From an uncultured delta proteobacterium (GTDB taxonomy: Bacteria > Desulfobacterota > Binatia > UBA9968), in NCBI GenBank assembly GCA_963737905.1, contig CAVTUQ010000007.1:320001-384000 (forward strand): DNA of 64,000 bases, read 5' to 3'. The translations under genes and the position numbers were made by a program. Below the pieces are notes generated by a model that worked only from the letters and a program-made list of their open reading frames with translations, ran no database searches and was not told the DNA's origin. Shown here piece by piece: positions 61,420 through 64,000 of the stretch; the first letter of the stretch is position 1; the number at the start of each line of letters is the position of its first letter.

Positions 61420-63999
61420 CTACGGCAGGGTTAAAGCGCCATAGTCCTGAAGGGCTCGCACTTCGAATTCATTCTGTCTCAGAAAGTCGATCCCTTCGGC
61501 AGCCGCCTCCGCGCCGGCGACAGTCGTGAAATAAGGCACCTGATAATCCAAGGCGCAGCGACGGAGGTAATAGGAATCCGCTTGTGAATAAGCATCCGTG
61601 GGAGTGTTGATTACCATGGCAATCTCGCCGTTCTTGATCTGATCCGCGATGTGCGGGCTGCCTTCTTGGACTTTGTTGACGATGTCCGCGGGAATTCCCC
61701 GCGCGATAAAATGGGCGGCCGTTCCTCGGGTCGCTACGATTTGAAAGCCGGCCCGGTGAAGTTTCTCGGCCGCTGCGGTTACAGCCTTCTTATCTTCGTC
61801 CCGCACGCTGATAAAAACCTTGCCGCTGTTAGGCAGACGCATACCGCCGCCCAACTGCGCTTTTGCGAAGGCCAAACCAAAGGAGACATCGATGCCCATG
61901 ACTTCCCCCGTCGATTTCATCTCCGGGCCCAACAGGGTATCGACGCCGGGGAATTTGTTGAATGGGAAAACCGCTTCTTTAACCGAAACATGTTTCGGAA
62001 GGACTTCAGTCCTGAAGCCGAGATCTCTGAGTTTTTTGCCGACCATGATGCGAGCGGCCAGTTTGGCTAGCGGGACGCCAATCGCTTTGCTGACAAAAGG
62101 CACCGTGCGCGATGCTCGCGGGTTGACTTCAAGAACAAAGACGTTGGTTCCCTGCACGGCAAACTGAATATTCATCAGGCCGCAAACATTCAAGGCTTTC
62201 GCCAGCGATATCGTATGCCGGCGAATTTCGTCCTGGACTTCCCGGCTAATGGATTTGGGCGGCAGGCTGCAGGCGCTGTCGCCAGAATGAACGCCAGCGC
62301 GTTCGATATGCTCCATGATGCCGCCGATCACGACCTCTTCGCCATCACCCAGAGCGTCCACGTCCAGCTCTATGGCGTCGTCAAGGAATTTGTCGATCAA
62401 AACCGGATGCTCCGGCGAAGCGGAAACGGCGTGAGTCATGTAATGCCTGAGCGCATCGCGGTCGTAGACGATCTCCATGGCTCGGCCGCCAAGCACATAG
62501 GACGGCCGAACCAGAATGGGATAGCCCAAACGCTCGGCGATCTTGAACGCCTCCTCATAGGAACGAGCGACACCATTCTCCGGCTGTTTGATGCCGAGTC
62601 GGGTCAGCAGTTTCGCAAACCTTTCTCGATCTTCGGCCAAATCGATGCTGTCCGGCGAGGTGCCGATAATTTTTACTCCAGCCCGCTCCAAAGGGAGGGC
62701 CAGCTTCAAAGGTGTTTGGCCCCCAAACTGAACGATCACCCCGTCAGGATTTTCCCGTTCCACGATGTTCAAGACCTCTTCCAGGGTGAGAGGCTCGAAA
62801 TAAAGCTTGTCCGAAGTGTCGTAATCCGTGCTGACGGTTTCTGGATTGCAGTTGACCATGATGGTTTCATAACCCTCTTCTTTGAGGGCGAAGGCTGCGT
62901 GCACACAGCAGTAATCAAACTCAATGCCTTGACCGATGCGATTGGGACCGCCGCCGAGAATCATGATTTTTTTTCGCTGGGTCGGCTTGGATTCATCCTC
63001 CCCTTCGTAGGTTGAATAAAGATACGGTGTGAAGGCGGCAAACTCAGCGCCGCAGGTATCCACGGAACAGAACACCGCTTCGATATCCTTTTCCTTGCGG
63101 AGTTTTCGGATCTCCGCTTCGGTGCTGTCCGTGAGCGTAGCAAGGCGGCCATCCGCGAAGCCCATCTGCTTCCAGGACTGTAAATTTTCGCGGCCCACCT
63201 CCGGTGCCTTGCCACGGCAAGCTTGAATCTGGTTCTCTGTCGCGATGATCTCTCCGATCTTATCGAGAAACCAAGGGTCGATGCCGGAGAGCTGATAAAT
63301 CTCTGCGGTGGTCATTCCCAATCGAAAGGCGTCACCGATATACCAAAGGCGCTGAGCATTGGGGTTCTGTAATTTCCCGCGGATGATGGGCAAGGTTTCG
63401 TCTGGACCGTCCGCCGAAGCGTTCAACTTCGACTCGAAACCATAGGAGCCGATCTCGAGGGACCGCATCGCCTTTTGCAATGATTCTTTGAACGTTCGGC
63501 CGATGGCCATGGCCTCTCCCACGGATTTCATCTGAGGAGTCAAGAGATCCTTGGCTTGGGGGAACTTTTCGAAGGTAAAGCGCGGCACCTTGACGACCAC
63601 GTAATCGATGGTCGGCTCAAAACAGGCCGGCGTCTCGCGGGTAATGTCATTGGGGATTTCATCCAGTGTGTATCCCACGGCGAGCTTCGCAGCGATCTTG
63701 GCGATGGGAAAGCCGGTGGCTTTGCTTGCCAGTGCCGAGCTGCGGGAGACACGAGGGTTCATCTCGATCACCACCATGCGCCCGTCCTTCGGGTTGACCG
63801 CAAACTGGATGTTCGACCCACCGGTATCGACCCCGATTTCGCGGATCACCCGGAGGGCGGCATCGCGCATGATTTGATACTCTTTGTCCGTTAACGTTTG
63901 CGCCGGTGCAACGGTGATCGAGTCGCCGGTGTGAACGCCCATCGGATCAAAATTCTCGATGGAACAGATGATCACCACGTTGTCCTTATGATCGCGCAT
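61420..63999 (-). CDS. carB: Carbamoyl-phosphate synthase large subunit (5' partial)
   Basis: [34 protein letters not shown] domain. Confidence 0.98.
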   Translation of the reverse strand: MRDHKDNVVIICSIENFDPMGVHTGDSITVAPAQTLTDKEYQIMRDAALRVIREIGVDTGGSNIQFAVNPKDGRMVVIEMNPRVSRSSALASKATGFPIAKIAAKLAVGYTLDEIPNDITRETPACFEPTIDYVVVKVPRFTFEKFPQAKDLLTPQMKSVGEAMAIGRTFKESLQKAMRSLEIGSYGFESKLNASADGPDETLPIIRGKLQNPNAQRLWYIGDAFRLGMTTAEIYQLSGIDPWFLDKIGEIIATENQIQACRGKAPEVGRENLQSWKQMGFADGRLATLTDSTEAEIRKLRKEKDIEAVFCSVDTCGAEFAAFTPYLYSTYEGEDESKPTQRKKIMILGGGPNRIGQGIEFDYCCVHAAFALKEEGYETIMVNCNPETVSTDYDTSDKLYFEPLTLEEVLNIVERENPDGVIVQFGGQTPLKLALPLERAGVKIIGTSPDSIDLAEDRERFAKLLTRLGIKQPENGVARSYEEAFKIAERLGYPILVRPSYVLGGRAMEIVYDRDALRHYMTHAVSASPEHPVLIDKFLDDAIELDVDALGDGEEVVIGGIMEHIERAGVHSGDSACSLPPKSISREVQDEIRRHTISLAKALNVCGLMNIQFAVQGTNVFVLEVNPRASRTVPFVSKAIGVPLAKLAARIMVGKKLRDLGFRTEVLPKHVSVKEAVFPFNKFPGVDTLLGPEMKSTGEVMGIDVSFGLAFAKAQLGGGMRLPNSGKVFISVRDEDKKAVTAAAEKLHRAGFQIVATRGTAAHFIARGIPADIVNKVQEGSPHIADQIKNGEIAMVINTPTDAYSQADSYYLRRCALDYQVPYFTTVAGAEAAAEGIDFLRQNEFEVRALQDYGALTLP

Positions 64000-64000
64000 T

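Noticed and set aside
54045-63015. Long + strand ORFs antisense to glpX, apgM, hom, alaC and carB
   Set aside because: Shadow ORFs expected in GC-rich coding DNA
1-64000. tRNA/rRNA genes
   Set aside because: None recognised by eye; island ends map to dif, not to a tRNA

Overview
GC-rich bacterial chromosome window. The gene repertoire resembles soil Deltaproteobacteria/Ca. Binatota-type genomes (inference only), and the window appears to span the replication terminus. The left ~18 kb is mostly + strand catabolic and transport genes. It ends in a sulfide:quinone oxidoreductase-like gene with an in-frame UGA followed by a canonical bacterial SECIS hairpin, a probable selenoprotein missed by the ORF track. 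A XerCD dif-like site lies at 18238-18265. From dif to 43761 there is a ~25.5 kb accessory island with no recognisable integrase, bounded by a 17-bp direct repeat that contains the XerC arm. The island is built from seven co-oriented, variously eroded copies of a small module (leader + XRE-HTH gene + 80-aa ORF + ~72-bp end sequence, which in two copies runs into a XerD-like arm). These alternate with unrelated cargo genes, several attC-like sites, lone XerC-like arms, a REP/MITE-like palindrome family and IS remnants. I read this as a candidate Xer/dif-anchored gene-accumulation platform. The right ~20 kb is mostly - strand housekeeping genes (miaB, glpX, apgM, hom, alaC, recG, carB). Many genes carry single frameshifts, probably assembly indels.
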